64,000 nucleotides of DNA from a bacterium (lineage in GTDB: Bacteria; Patescibacteriota; Microgenomatia; UBA8517). This document shows positions 45,010 through 54,108 of this stretch, in pieces. The stretch covers positions 465,902 through 529,901 of the forward strand of contig CP129472.1 in assembly GCA_030583725.1 (NCBI GenBank). Reading direction: 5' to 3'. Both the position numbers and the translations under genes were made by a program. The notes under the pieces are model-generated. The model did not search any database and was not told the DNA's origin. It saw only the letters and a program-made list of their open reading frames with translations. Numbering within the stretch: the stretch's first letter is position 1; the number at the start of each line of letters is the position of its first letter.

Positions 45010-47877
45010 TTAATCCTTACCACAAAACATTGAATACTCACAACCTTGTTGGCAAAAATAGCCATTACTGCATTTGAAGTCACTACTTTCAATTTCTTTC
45101 TTTATTTCAAATATTTCACTTTTAACTTTTTCTATTTGTTCTTCTGTTCTGGTTGATGAAATTTTCTCTTGGTTATCAAAGTAATAGAGTGAAAGTATTA
45201 TGTCTTTCAAATCTTTTTTGTAATTTTCAGACATTGCCAAGGCATATATTGATAACTGTAGATTATTATCTACTTCTTTCTGTGTTGGCAATGTTGCTCC
45301 TGTTTTGTAATCTATTATTTCCAACTTCCCGTTGGGTAAGACGTCTACCCTATCAATTGTTCCTTTAATTTTTAAGTCATTAAACAACTTAAGTGTAAAT
45401 TTTTCTTCCAGTAATTCAGGTACAATATTTTTATTAAAAGAATTTTTAAAATATCCCAACAAATATCCTTTGCCTTTATTATAGAATTCTTCTTTATGTT
45501 TTTTGTTTAAAAAACCTTCTTCTATCCAGTTGTCTTTATATATTCTTAAAACATCACTCTTTGACACATCTAATCCATTTTTAACAGACGTATAGATATC
45601 TTTCAAGGTATTATGTATAGATAAACCAAAAGAGGCAGAAGCATTTTGAGGAGTGGGAATTTTATATATATATTTTAATTTATAATGAAGTGGGCAATTT
45701 TGAAACGTTTCAATGTGACTAACAGAAAGATACTCTACTTTATGAGATGGTTTTGGTGATAATTTCTCTATTACACTCTTTTTGGCATATGGCTCAAGTT
45801 TTTTTTCAGTCAAAATGTTGTCTATAGCCTCCAACTGAGGATAATCAAGCGCTTCTAATACAAATGGTGATATTTTCTTTTTTCTCTTGCCGTCGTTATA
45901 TAAATCACTATATGTTAGATAAAGTCTTTCTTTGGCCCGCGTCATACCAACATAGAAAAGTCTTCTTTCCTCCTGAATATGAAAATCTCCCGACGGTAGT
46001 TCTTCTTTAATCAAATCATCTGGTATCGGCAATATTTCTGATCTGTTTCTACTTGGGAATCTATCTGAAACCAGACTCACCATAAAAACCACAGGAAACT
46101 CTAAGCCTTTTGCTGAATGAACAGTTAGAATATTCACTGCGTTATTCTCTTGCCACTGGGTGTTTGAAACCTGAGGACTTTCTCCTACTTCTAATAGGAG
46201 CTTTATGTAGTCAACAACTTCATATAGTTTTGCTTTTGGGTTTTCATTCTCATACTCTTTAATTCTTTTGAAAAAAAGTGAAATGTTATTAGCTATTACG
46301 ACGTCCCCACTCTCAATTGTTTTTGCATATATGCCAACTTCATTAATAAACTCATATAAAATCTCTCCAGCTGATTTTGTATTTATGTCACTTAAATGTT
46401 TACTTATAAGTTCAGTAACTTTATTAAAATCCTTATCCTTTAATATTTCTTCAAAAAGTGATGTACTCTTTCTCTTCGATTGGCTCAAAAGAAGTGTCAA
46501 TTTGACAGGCTTAAAGTCAAATAGATTGCAGGTTAAAAGCCTAAACAAACTTCCCGTATCTTCGGGGTCATATAGCACTTTAAGGTAAGAAATTAGGTCA
46601 ACTATTTCCTGTCTTTCAAATAGTTTGCTTGGGCCTAAGAATTGATGTGGAATACCCATTCTTTCAAACTCTCTAATAAAAATATCGGCATGGTTGTTGG
46701 CACGGACTAAAATAGCAACATCTTTGTATAGAAGTTGTTGTTTACTATCACTTATTAATGTTTCAATTTCTTTTGCAACTGCCTCCGCCTCACTAGAATC
46801 TTGTTGAGTGTGGATGACTCTAATTTCCTTTCCCTTTGTACTCATTTTAGATACTAGCTTCTTGTCGATCTTTAACTTAGCCTCTAGTGTATATGGGTCG
46901 TTATTTTTGATAAGTCTATATGCTCCATCAAGTATCTTTTGTGTAGATCTGTAGTTTTCATTTAATGTAACTGTGGCTATGTTTTTAAAGTCCTCCTTAA
47001 ATTGCAGTATGTTAGATATAGAGGCGCCACGGAAGCGATAAATAGATTGATTATCATCGCCTACAACAGTTATATTTCTTGACTTCTGAACCAATTTTTT
47101 GACCAATTCATTTTGGGTATAATTAGTATCTTGATATTCGTCAACCAAAACATATTTAAACTTTTCCTGGTATTTAAGTAGTATGTTTGGTCTACTATTA
47201 AATAGCTCTAACGTCTTTGACACTAGATCTCCAAAATCAAACTTTGCACTTTTAAGTTTTAGTTCGCTGTACTCCATATAAACAGTCGCCAGTTCTATCC
47301 ACTTTTGTCCTTCTAGTCGTCCCACTTCATCTCCCTTAGTTTTTAATGCTTTTAATTTTGAGTTTGCCCATTTGAGGTATTCTGTTGGGCTAATTGCTTC
47401 GTCTTGCAATCTACCTATATGTCTTAATATTTCTTCAATAAACTTGTTCGGATTACCTAAAGGTTTAAAGTAGTCCAGACTAAAGTTAAATAAATTTCTC
47501 TTAAAAAGATCTATACTTTCTGCTGTGGTCATCAACTTATAATTTGTGGGGATGCCAATATGAAGTCCTTCTTGTCTTAAGATTTGATCACAAAAAGAAT
47601 GAAACGTTGTTATCCAGATATCACCATATGACAAAGGCATAATCTCGTCCACTCTGGTTTCCATCTCAAGGGCCGCCTTTTCAGTAAAAGTTAAGGCTAA
47701 AATTTCTTCAGGTTTTGCTAATCCTTTTTGAATTAAATACTTAATTCTTTCTGTTATAACCGTTGTTTTTCCTGTTCCTGCGCCAGCAATGATTAACAAA
47801 GGACCTTTTTTATGTTTTATTGCCCTAAGTTGATTTTTGTTTAACTTTTTCTCACGCATACAATGAGATTGTAACAC
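45010..47877 (-). CDS. UvrD-like helicase fused to C-terminal PD-(D/E)xK Cas4/AddB-like Fe-S nuclease domain
   Basis: Walker A AGAGTGKTTV, motifs DEYQDTN and VGDDNQSIYRFRGA. The C-terminus carries DRVD...DYKTG and a four-Cys cluster (CPLHY...CSNGYFCQQGC). Confidence 0.8.
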   Translation of the reverse strand: MLQSHCMREKKLNKNQLRAIKHKKGPLLIIAGAGTGKTTVITERIKYLIQKGLAKPEEILALTFTEKAALEMETRVDEIMPLSYGDIWITTFHSFCDQILRQEGLHIGIPTNYKLMTTAESIDLFKRNLFNFSLDYFKPLGNPNKFIEEILRHIGRLQDEAISPTEYLKWANSKLKALKTKGDEVGRLEGQKWIELATVYMEYSELKLKSAKFDFGDLVSKTLELFNSRPNILLKYQEKFKYVLVDEYQDTNYTQNELVKKLVQKSRNITVVGDDNQSIYRFRGASISNILQFKEDFKNIATVTLNENYRSTQKILDGAYRLIKNNDPYTLEAKLKIDKKLVSKMSTKGKEIRVIHTQQDSSEAEAVAKEIETLISDSKQQLLYKDVAILVRANNHADIFIREFERMGIPHQFLGPSKLFERQEIVDLISYLKVLYDPEDTGSLFRLLTCNLFDFKPVKLTLLLSQSKRKSTSLFEEILKDKDFNKVTELISKHLSDINTKSAGEILYEFINEVGIYAKTIESGDVVIANNISLFFKRIKEYENENPKAKLYEVVDYIKLLLEVGESPQVSNTQWQENNAVNILTVHSAKGLEFPVVFMVSLVSDRFPSRNRSEILPIPDDLIKEELPSGDFHIQEERRLFYVGMTRAKERLYLTYSDLYNDGKRKKKISPFVLEALDYPQLEAIDNILTEKKLEPYAKKSVIEKLSPKPSHKVEYLSVSHIETFQNCPLHYKLKYIYKIPTPQNASASFGLSIHNTLKDIYTSVKNGLDVSKSDVLRIYKDNWIEEGFLNKKHKEEFYNKGKGYLLGYFKNSFNKNIVPELLEEKFTLKLFNDLKIKGTIDRVDVLPNGKLEIIDYKTGATLPTQKEVDNNLQLSIYALAMSENYKKDLKDIILSLYYFDNQEKISSTRTEEQIEKVKSEIFEIKKEIESSDFKCSNGYFCQQGCEYSMFCGKD

Positions 47878-47908
47878 GAAGAAATAATTCCATCTTACAA
47901 AATATATT

Positions 47909-48466
47909 TTATTCTTTGCCCAAAACTGAACTCACTACATCTTTAGGCAATGAAACTGCTGACATAAGTGCTTTTCTGACCGAACCTCCGACTTCCGATC
48001 CAATTGCATCTGCTGTTTGCACAGCACTGACAACTGCAGCTTTCGTCCCTTCTGAAACGTCTTGACCTAAACCAGTCAAGCTTTCAACTACACCTTCAAT
48101 GGCAGAAACTGCAATTACTCCTGCATCTTCACCAAGATCACTTGCACCTTTAACTGCCCCAGACACTGCCTTAGCCCCTGCTGATATAACGTCACCACCT
48201 ACTTCTGACACTCCAGAAACTACTGATGAAACCGAGACCTTGGCAATACTCACCACTGCTACTCCCGTGTTTTGAACTGAAACCATTGCAGCTTCTACTA
48301 CATCAGAAGCACTATCTAAAGTTGTTGACCCCACTTCGGAAACATTTTTAAGTGTTCCAACAATTTGGTTTTTAACTGCATCACGAAGCGCTGTTACGAC
48401 ATCATCTGCACCTTTAATTGTTGCAACCAAAGTGTCCTTTAACTCTGTTACTACTTGAGAAATCAT
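47909..48466 (-). CDS. low-complexity Val/Ala/Ser/Gly-rich acidic protein built from ~22-residue repeats
   Basis: 185 aa with five to six repeats containing SEVGG...VSAV. Strong SD AAGGGGGTGA 8 nt upstream of the ATG. Locally GC-enriched coding sequence. Confidence 0.45.
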   Translation of the reverse strand: MISQVVTELKDTLVATIKGADDVVTALRDAVKNQIVGTLKNVSEVGSTTLDSASDVVEAAMVSVQNTGVAVVSIAKVSVSSVVSGVSEVGGDVISAGAKAVSGAVKGASDLGEDAGVIAVSAIEGVVESLTGLGQDVSEGTKAAVVSAVQTADAIGSEVGGSVRKALMSAVSLPKDVVSSVLGKE

Positions 48467-48542
48467 ATATAAATCACCCCCTTTGACATACTACCCACCT
48501 TAGCAATTTTTAAACACGTTTGTCAAACTTTTTTGGTAGAAG

Positions 48543-49469
48543 CTATGATAATTTGTTCTTGGTTACAGTTTCAAAATTCTGTGTATTCTCAATTTTATTT
48601 CCCAAATTAGTAAATGCTGAATACACATTGCTCATCATGTTTGTTGCATTTACTAAATGTTTTTGTAGTACCCCTAAATTTTCTTCTACTTTCCCATAGT
48701 CTTTTTTAATGGCGCGCAATGAAGATAATATTTCTTTTGCTTGTTTCTCTATCTTTTGACCCTCAAAGCTCATTAATATTGCTTTTATGTATGCATAAAA
48801 AGTGGTTGGAGACACAGGAAGTATTCTTTTTTCTCCTGCGTAATCAAAAAGGTTTTGGTTATTAACCACCTCATAATATACAGACTCACTAGGTATATAC
48901 ATTAGAGCGTAGTCTAGGGTTCCTTCATCAACTAGAATATATTTTTTTGAAATATCGTCTATATGTTTTCTAACATCTCTCTCAAAATCTTTCTCTGCTA
49001 GTTTTTTAGTTGACTCATCACCATCGCCCGACATTCTACGAAAGCTTTCCATTGGAAATTTTGAATCAACTGGTATTATGCCTGACGATGTTTTGATGGC
49101 AGCATCTACTTTTTCACCACTTTTGAATGTGTGTTGAAGCAAAAATGATGCCTGTGGTAAAAACTGCTTTAAGAGTTCTTTTAAAACTTGCTCCCCTATG
49201 TTACCTCTTAATTTAGGTGAGGAAAGAAATTGTTGTAGTTCCTTCATTCCCCTACCTATCTCACTAAACTCCCCTATGTTTCTTTGAACTCCGGCTATAA
49301 CTCTCGTTGCATTATCCAACCTTTGATTAAAACTGTCTGATTGTTTTTCAAGCCTTTGATTTGTCATCTTTAAGTATTCCAACAGTTCAGGTGAAGATTT
49401 AGGTTTTGTAACTAAAAAAAGGAGAAATAGAAGTACAATTAGTATTATAATCAAAAGTAGGGTTTCCAT
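48543..49469 (-). CDS. rmuC: DNA recombination protein RmuC
   Basis: N-terminal transmembrane segment and coiled coil. LRGNIGEQVLKELL and IIPVDSKFPMESF match RmuC family motifs. Confidence 0.75.
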   Translation of the reverse strand: METLLLIIILIVLLFLLFLVTKPKSSPELLEYLKMTNQRLEKQSDSFNQRLDNATRVIAGVQRNIGEFSEIGRGMKELQQFLSSPKLRGNIGEQVLKELLKQFLPQASFLLQHTFKSGEKVDAAIKTSSGIIPVDSKFPMESFRRMSGDGDESTKKLAEKDFERDVRKHIDDISKKYILVDEGTLDYALMYIPSESVYYEVVNNQNLFDYAGEKRILPVSPTTFYAYIKAILMSFEGQKIEKQAKEILSSLRAIKKDYGKVEENLGVLQKHLVNATNMMSNVYSAFTNLGNKIENTQNFETVTKNKLS

Positions 49470-49489
49470 ACTATAATTCTAATTTAGAA

Positions 49490-49825
49490 ATGAAGAAAGA
49501 GCAAAGAAATAAGTTAATACTAAAAAGAAAGAACTTCCTGCCAACTCTTGTTCTGATTTTCGTTTTACTGTTTTCTATTGCAGGACTTATCTACTTTACA
49601 GACCCTAGTCCTTTTTTAATCTTTCTTTTTTTTGTTTTGTTTTTCGCCTTTTCTTTTTTTGTGTTTGCCCTACTTCTTGCAAACACAAAAAGAGCAATTC
49701 TAATTTCAACCATTTTCACCATCTTTTTGTTGCTAATTTTTTATGGAGTTGGTAACATACTTAACCTTTTGTTGTTAATTGGCATAGGTGTAGTAGTTGA
49801 AATATATGCGCGTTTCAAAAAATGA
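49490..49825 (+). CDS. hypothetical small membrane protein
   Basis: 111 aa with three hydrophobic helices and a Phe-rich region. Confidence 0.3.
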   Translation: MKKEQRNKLILKRKNFLPTLVLIFVLLFSIAGLIYFTDPSPFLIFLFFVLFFAFSFFVFALLLANTKRAILISTIFTIFLLLIFYGVGNILNLLLLIGIGVVVEIYARFKK

Positions 49826-50168
49826 GTTAAATAAAAGTTTAAAGAAAGAGGTTATAAATACTTTCCTGCAAACCCTTGACGACCTCAAAAACAAGAGCGA
49901 AAAAGAAACCTTCCTGACGGACTTCTTTAATCAAAATGAGCTTGAAACTTACTCAAAGAGACTAGCTATTATTTACTGGCTTTCAAAAAAAAGAAGTTAT
50001 CAAAATATAAAAACAAATTTAAAAGTATCATCAGCAACCGTTGCAACAGTTGAAAAATTAATGAATAAAAAAGGTATAGAACTAGCAATTACAAAAATGG
50101 CAGCTGAAGAATGGGCAAATGTCTGGAGCGAAAAAATCAAAAGGCTGGGCACTAGGACTAGAAACTAG
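49797..50168 (+). CDS. YerC/YecD (TrpR-like) DNA-binding protein
   Basis: ...KRLAIIYWLSKKRSYQNIKTNLKVSSATVATVEK matches the TrpR-like HTH of the YerC/YecD family. Confidence 0.5.
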   Translation: MKYMRVSKNELNKSLKKEVINTFLQTLDDLKNKSEKETFLTDFFNQNELETYSKRLAIIYWLSKKRSYQNIKTNLKVSSATVATVEKLMNKKGIELAITKMAAEEWANVWSEKIKRLGTRTRN

Positions 50169-50182
50169 TATAATACCGTTAA

Positions 50183-51610
50183 ATGGACAAAAAATATTAC
50201 ATTACATGCGCAATCCCATACACCAATAGCAGACCCCACGTGGGACATGCCTTAGAATTTGTACAAGGTGACATTTTGGCTAGATACCATAGGCTCTTAG
50301 GAGAAAATGTTATTTTGCTTTCAGGTGGGGATGAAAATGCGTTAAAGAACGTTCAAGCAGCCGAAAATGCTGGTGTTCCCGTACAAGAATTTGTAGATAA
50401 AAACAACAAACTCTTTGAGGAACTCGTCACAAACCTAAACTGTAAATTTGATATATGGCAAAAAGGAAGTGATAAAGAAAAACACTTCCCTTCTTCTCAA
50501 AAACTTTGGCAATTATGCGACAAGGCCGGAGATATATATGAAAAAGAATATTCAGGTCTTTATTGTGTTGGTTGCGAAACATTCTACGAAAAGGAGGAGT
50601 TAAATGAAAACGGGGAATGTTTTGAACATATTGGTAAAAAACTTGAACAAGTAAAAGAAAAAAACTATTTCTTCAAGCTGTCAAAATACCAAGACAAGCT
50701 AATTAAACTAATTAAGAGTGATGAATTAAGAATTACTCCAATGGAGAGAAAAAACGAAGTTCTATCATTTCTTAAAGAACCGCTTCAAGACATTTCAATC
50801 TCAAGAAGCAATGAAAGGGCAAAAAATTGGGGTGTTCCTGTGCCAGACGATCCAAATCAAAAAATTTATGTTTGGTTTGATGCTTTGAACTTGTATCAAT
50901 CAGGTATCGGTTTTGGCTGGGATGAAGAAAAGTATAATAAATATTGGCCAGCAGATTGCCATGTAATAGGAAAAGGTATATCACGGTTTCACGCTGTCTA
51001 TTGGCCTGCGTTTTTAATGTCTGCAAATCTAGAATTACCAAGGGAGCTATTTATCCACGGCTATTTTACAATAAACGGACAAAAGATGAGTAAAACTTTA
51101 GGAAATGTAATTGACCCAAATGAAATGATTAAAAAATATGGCGCTGACGCACTGAGATATTATTTCTTGGCCAAATTCTCACCGTTTACAGATGGGGATT
51201 TCTCAGAAGAGAAGTTAAAAGATGTCTACAATGCCGATCTTGCAAATGGTTTAGGTAATCTAGTCTCTAGAGTTGCCAAACTTTGTGAAACTTCAAACTT
51301 TAGCTTTACATCAAAAGAAACAAATATCTACCCTGAAGTGTCAAAAGCTATTGAGGAATATAGGTTTGACGTTGCAATGAAATTTATTTTGGAAAAAGTA
51401 AGCCAAATAGATCAAGATATTAATAAAAGTGAGGTTTGGAAATTAAAAGGAATAGAACTTAAAAAGAAACTGCAATACTACCTAGAAGAGATTGCAGAAA
51501 TTGCATTAAACTTAAAACCATTTTTACCTGAAACTGTTGATAAAATTGTCAAAGTTTTTGGTGGTCCAGTAATTAAGATGCAGGAACCGTTATTCCCCAG
51601 AATCAAATAA
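50183..51610 (+). CDS. metG: methionyl-tRNA synthetase (short, catalytic plus anticodon-binding domains only)
   Basis: PYTNSRPHVGHALE is the HIGH-class motif. KMSKTLGNVIDP is the KMSKS motif. Confidence 0.85.
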   Translation: MDKKYYITCAIPYTNSRPHVGHALEFVQGDILARYHRLLGENVILLSGGDENALKNVQAAENAGVPVQEFVDKNNKLFEELVTNLNCKFDIWQKGSDKEKHFPSSQKLWQLCDKAGDIYEKEYSGLYCVGCETFYEKEELNENGECFEHIGKKLEQVKEKNYFFKLSKYQDKLIKLIKSDELRITPMERKNEVLSFLKEPLQDISISRSNERAKNWGVPVPDDPNQKIYVWFDALNLYQSGIGFGWDEEKYNKYWPADCHVIGKGISRFHAVYWPAFLMSANLELPRELFIHGYFTINGQKMSKTLGNVIDPNEMIKKYGADALRYYFLAKFSPFTDGDFSEEKLKDVYNADLANGLGNLVSRVAKLCETSNFSFTSKETNIYPEVSKAIEEYRFDVAMKFILEKVSQIDQDINKSEVWKLKGIELKKKLQYYLEEIAEIALNLKPFLPETVDKIVKVFGGPVIKMQEPLFPRIK

Positions 51611-51612
51611 CA

Positions 51613-53106
51613 ATGTTTAGAAAATGGATCATCAAAAATGAAAAAAAGGTCTTGAGATTTTTTGAGATTCTACCAGGATTTTTTTCTTGGAATATGATAC
51701 TTCTTCCCTACTGGGGAATATTTGTGTTTCCAAATGCTGTTGCATATTTTGTCCTTCTTTTTAACGTCTATTGGTTTTATCAGTCTTTTTTGATTGCTGT
51801 CACTTCTTTTATCTCACACACCAAAATTCAGGCATATATAAAGTATGACTGGGTAAGTGACTTGAAATCATTTCCAGACTGGGAAAAAGTACACAATGTA
51901 ATTATCATTCCTACTTACAAGGAACCTTTGCATATTCTAGAGAGGACTATAGATTCCTTGATTAAACAGACACTACCAACACAGATGTTAAGTGTTGTTA
52001 TCGCGATGGAACAAAAAGAAGAAAAAAAGGAGCGTGACTTAAAATTTAATACTCTTTACTCAAAGTTTGGTAAAAATTTTAAAAATTTTGTGCAGACAGT
52101 ACACAAATTAAAACATGGTGAAGTTATAGGAAAGGCATCAAATGAACGACACGCGGCTATTTGGTTCAAAAAACACCATCTGGGCAAAGACAAACTAGAT
52201 ATCAATTACTTAACAGTGACAAGTTGTGACGCAGATCACAAATATCATCCCAACCATTTTGCTTGTCTGTCATTCAAGTTTTTAGATTCTCCAACTAGGT
52301 ATAGACAATTTTGGCAACCGGCTGTAATGTTTTACAATAATATCTGGGAGTTGCCAGCAATCACAAGAGTTCCAAACACATTTGGTTCAATTTGGAATTT
52401 ATCACAACTTCCAAGAAAAGATAGGCTCATTAACGCCCAAAACTATTCCCTCTCATTTAAACTTCTGGACGAAGTTGGTTATTGGGATGCAAACAGAATT
52501 CCAGAGGATTGGGGTATTTTTTTCAAGGCTTACTACAAAGTTAAGGGAGGACTTGAGGTTGAACCAATTTACTTACCACTTCATGCTGATGCGGCACAGT
52601 CCACGTCTCATTGGAAAACCATGAAAAATCAATATGAACAATACAGAAGATGGGCATGGGGAACATCAGATGACTCTTGGATTATCAAAAACTATTTAGT
52701 GGATAGAGATATTCCCTTTTGGGATAAAACAACTAGGCTTATGCATGTTATTTGGTCACATTTTATGTGGCCTGTTAACTGGTTTATTATAACCATCGGA
52801 TTGACGTTACCGACACTAATTAATCCTGCTTTTGGTAGAACAGCACTTGGTTTTATGGTTCCAAAGCTCTCTTCCATAATACTAACCCTTTCACTTAGTT
52901 TTTTCTTTGTATTGTTTTTTGTTGATAATATTTATAAACCGAAAAGGCCTGAGGGGTTGTCAGTTTGGCGCTCTATTCTTGCTCCCTTTGAATTTATTTT
53001 GATGCCTATTGCGGGTTTCTTCTTTTCAGCTCTTCCAGGTCTTGACGCACACACAAGACTAATGCTTGGAAAATATATTGAGTACAAAGTAACAGAGAAG
53101 GTATAA
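51613..53106 (+). CDS. membrane-embedded processive GT2 glycosyltransferase (cellulose/chitin/hyaluronan-synthase-like)
   Basis: DxD motif (TSCDADHK), QYRRW, and transmembrane helices at both ends. Confidence 0.7.
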   Translation: MFRKWIIKNEKKVLRFFEILPGFFSWNMILLPYWGIFVFPNAVAYFVLLFNVYWFYQSFLIAVTSFISHTKIQAYIKYDWVSDLKSFPDWEKVHNVIIIPTYKEPLHILERTIDSLIKQTLPTQMLSVVIAMEQKEEKKERDLKFNTLYSKFGKNFKNFVQTVHKLKHGEVIGKASNERHAAIWFKKHHLGKDKLDINYLTVTSCDADHKYHPNHFACLSFKFLDSPTRYRQFWQPAVMFYNNIWELPAITRVPNTFGSIWNLSQLPRKDRLINAQNYSLSFKLLDEVGYWDANRIPEDWGIFFKAYYKVKGGLEVEPIYLPLHADAAQSTSHWKTMKNQYEQYRRWAWGTSDDSWIIKNYLVDRDIPFWDKTTRLMHVIWSHFMWPVNWFIITIGLTLPTLINPAFGRTALGFMVPKLSSIILTLSLSFFFVLFFVDNIYKPKRPEGLSVWRSILAPFEFILMPIAGFFFSALPGLDAHTRLMLGKYIEYKVTEKV

Positions 53107-53108
53107 AA

Positions 53109-54062
53109 CTAGTTTTTGTAATATTCAATTGTGTTCTTGAGGCCTTCTTCTAAATTAACTTTTGGTTCCCAACCTAAAATTTCTTTTGCCTTTGTTATGT
53201 CGGGGCATCTTTGCATTGGGTCGTCAGGTCTAAATTCTTTACTATGAATAACCTCCGAAGTAGAATTTGTTAATTCAATAACTTTTTTTGACAGATCACT
53301 GATTGTAAATTCGTCAGGATTGCCTAAATTAAATATTTCTCCTTTGGTGTCCTCGAAAAACATTGCCTTCTTAATACCATCAACTAAGTCGGTTACATAA
53401 CAAAAGGATCTTGTCTGGCTTCCATCACCATCAATCTTGATTTCTTCATTCTTCAATGCCCAGTTTATGAAATTACTTACCACCCTTCCGTCGTCTCTTT
53501 GCATATTTGGTCCATATGTATTAAATATTCTAACTATCCTTGCATCCAGATCATACTTATGTAAATAAACATAGACAGCAGTTTCTGCAAATCTTTTACT
53601 TTCATCGTAACAAGATCTTGGCCCAAATGTGTTTACATTCCCCCAATATGTTTCTTTTTGTGGATGCTCTAATGGGTCTCCATATATTTCAGACGTCGAG
53701 GCAATTAAAACTTTAGATTTTTGTTTACTCGCTAGATTCAAAATATTTAGAGTTCCTTGAGAATTAACCAAAAGTGTTTCTTCGGGGTGATTCTGATAGT
53801 CAATTGGTGAGGCCGGTGAGGCAAGATGGAAAATATAGTTAACATTTTCTAATTCTTCAATATTCTCTAAATGCTGACATATGTCAGCTTCAACAAATTC
53901 AAAGTTTGGATTTGAAAGCAGGTCTTCTATGTTTTTTTTGCTACCAGTAATTAGATTGTCAAAACAGGTAACTTGATACCCGTCTTCAAGTAGAGATTTA
54001 CATAGGTGTGACCCAATAAACCCGCACCCCCCAGTGACCAAGACCTTTTGTATATTATCCAT
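53109..54062 (-). CDS. UDP-glucuronate decarboxylase (UDP-xylose synthase, SDR family)
   Basis: VLVTGGCGFIGSHL and the NLITGSKKNIEDL...NFEFVEADI pattern, plus a YxxxK-type motif (YDESK), as in UXS/ArnA decarboxylases. Confidence 0.8.
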   Translation of the reverse strand: MDNIQKVLVTGGCGFIGSHLCKSLLEDGYQVTCFDNLITGSKKNIEDLLSNPNFEFVEADICQHLENIEELENVNYIFHLASPASPIDYQNHPEETLLVNSQGTLNILNLASKQKSKVLIASTSEIYGDPLEHPQKETYWGNVNTFGPRSCYDESKRFAETAVYVYLHKYDLDARIVRIFNTYGPNMQRDDGRVVSNFINWALKNEEIKIDGDGSQTRSFCYVTDLVDGIKKAMFFEDTKGEIFNLGNPDEFTISDLSKKVIELTNSTSEVIHSKEFRPDDPMQRCPDITKAKEILGWEPKVNLEEGLKNTIEYYKN

Positions 54063-54108
54063 ATATATTTGATTTTATAGTTTCTCTATTCAAGTTTGCT
54101 ACTTCGTA

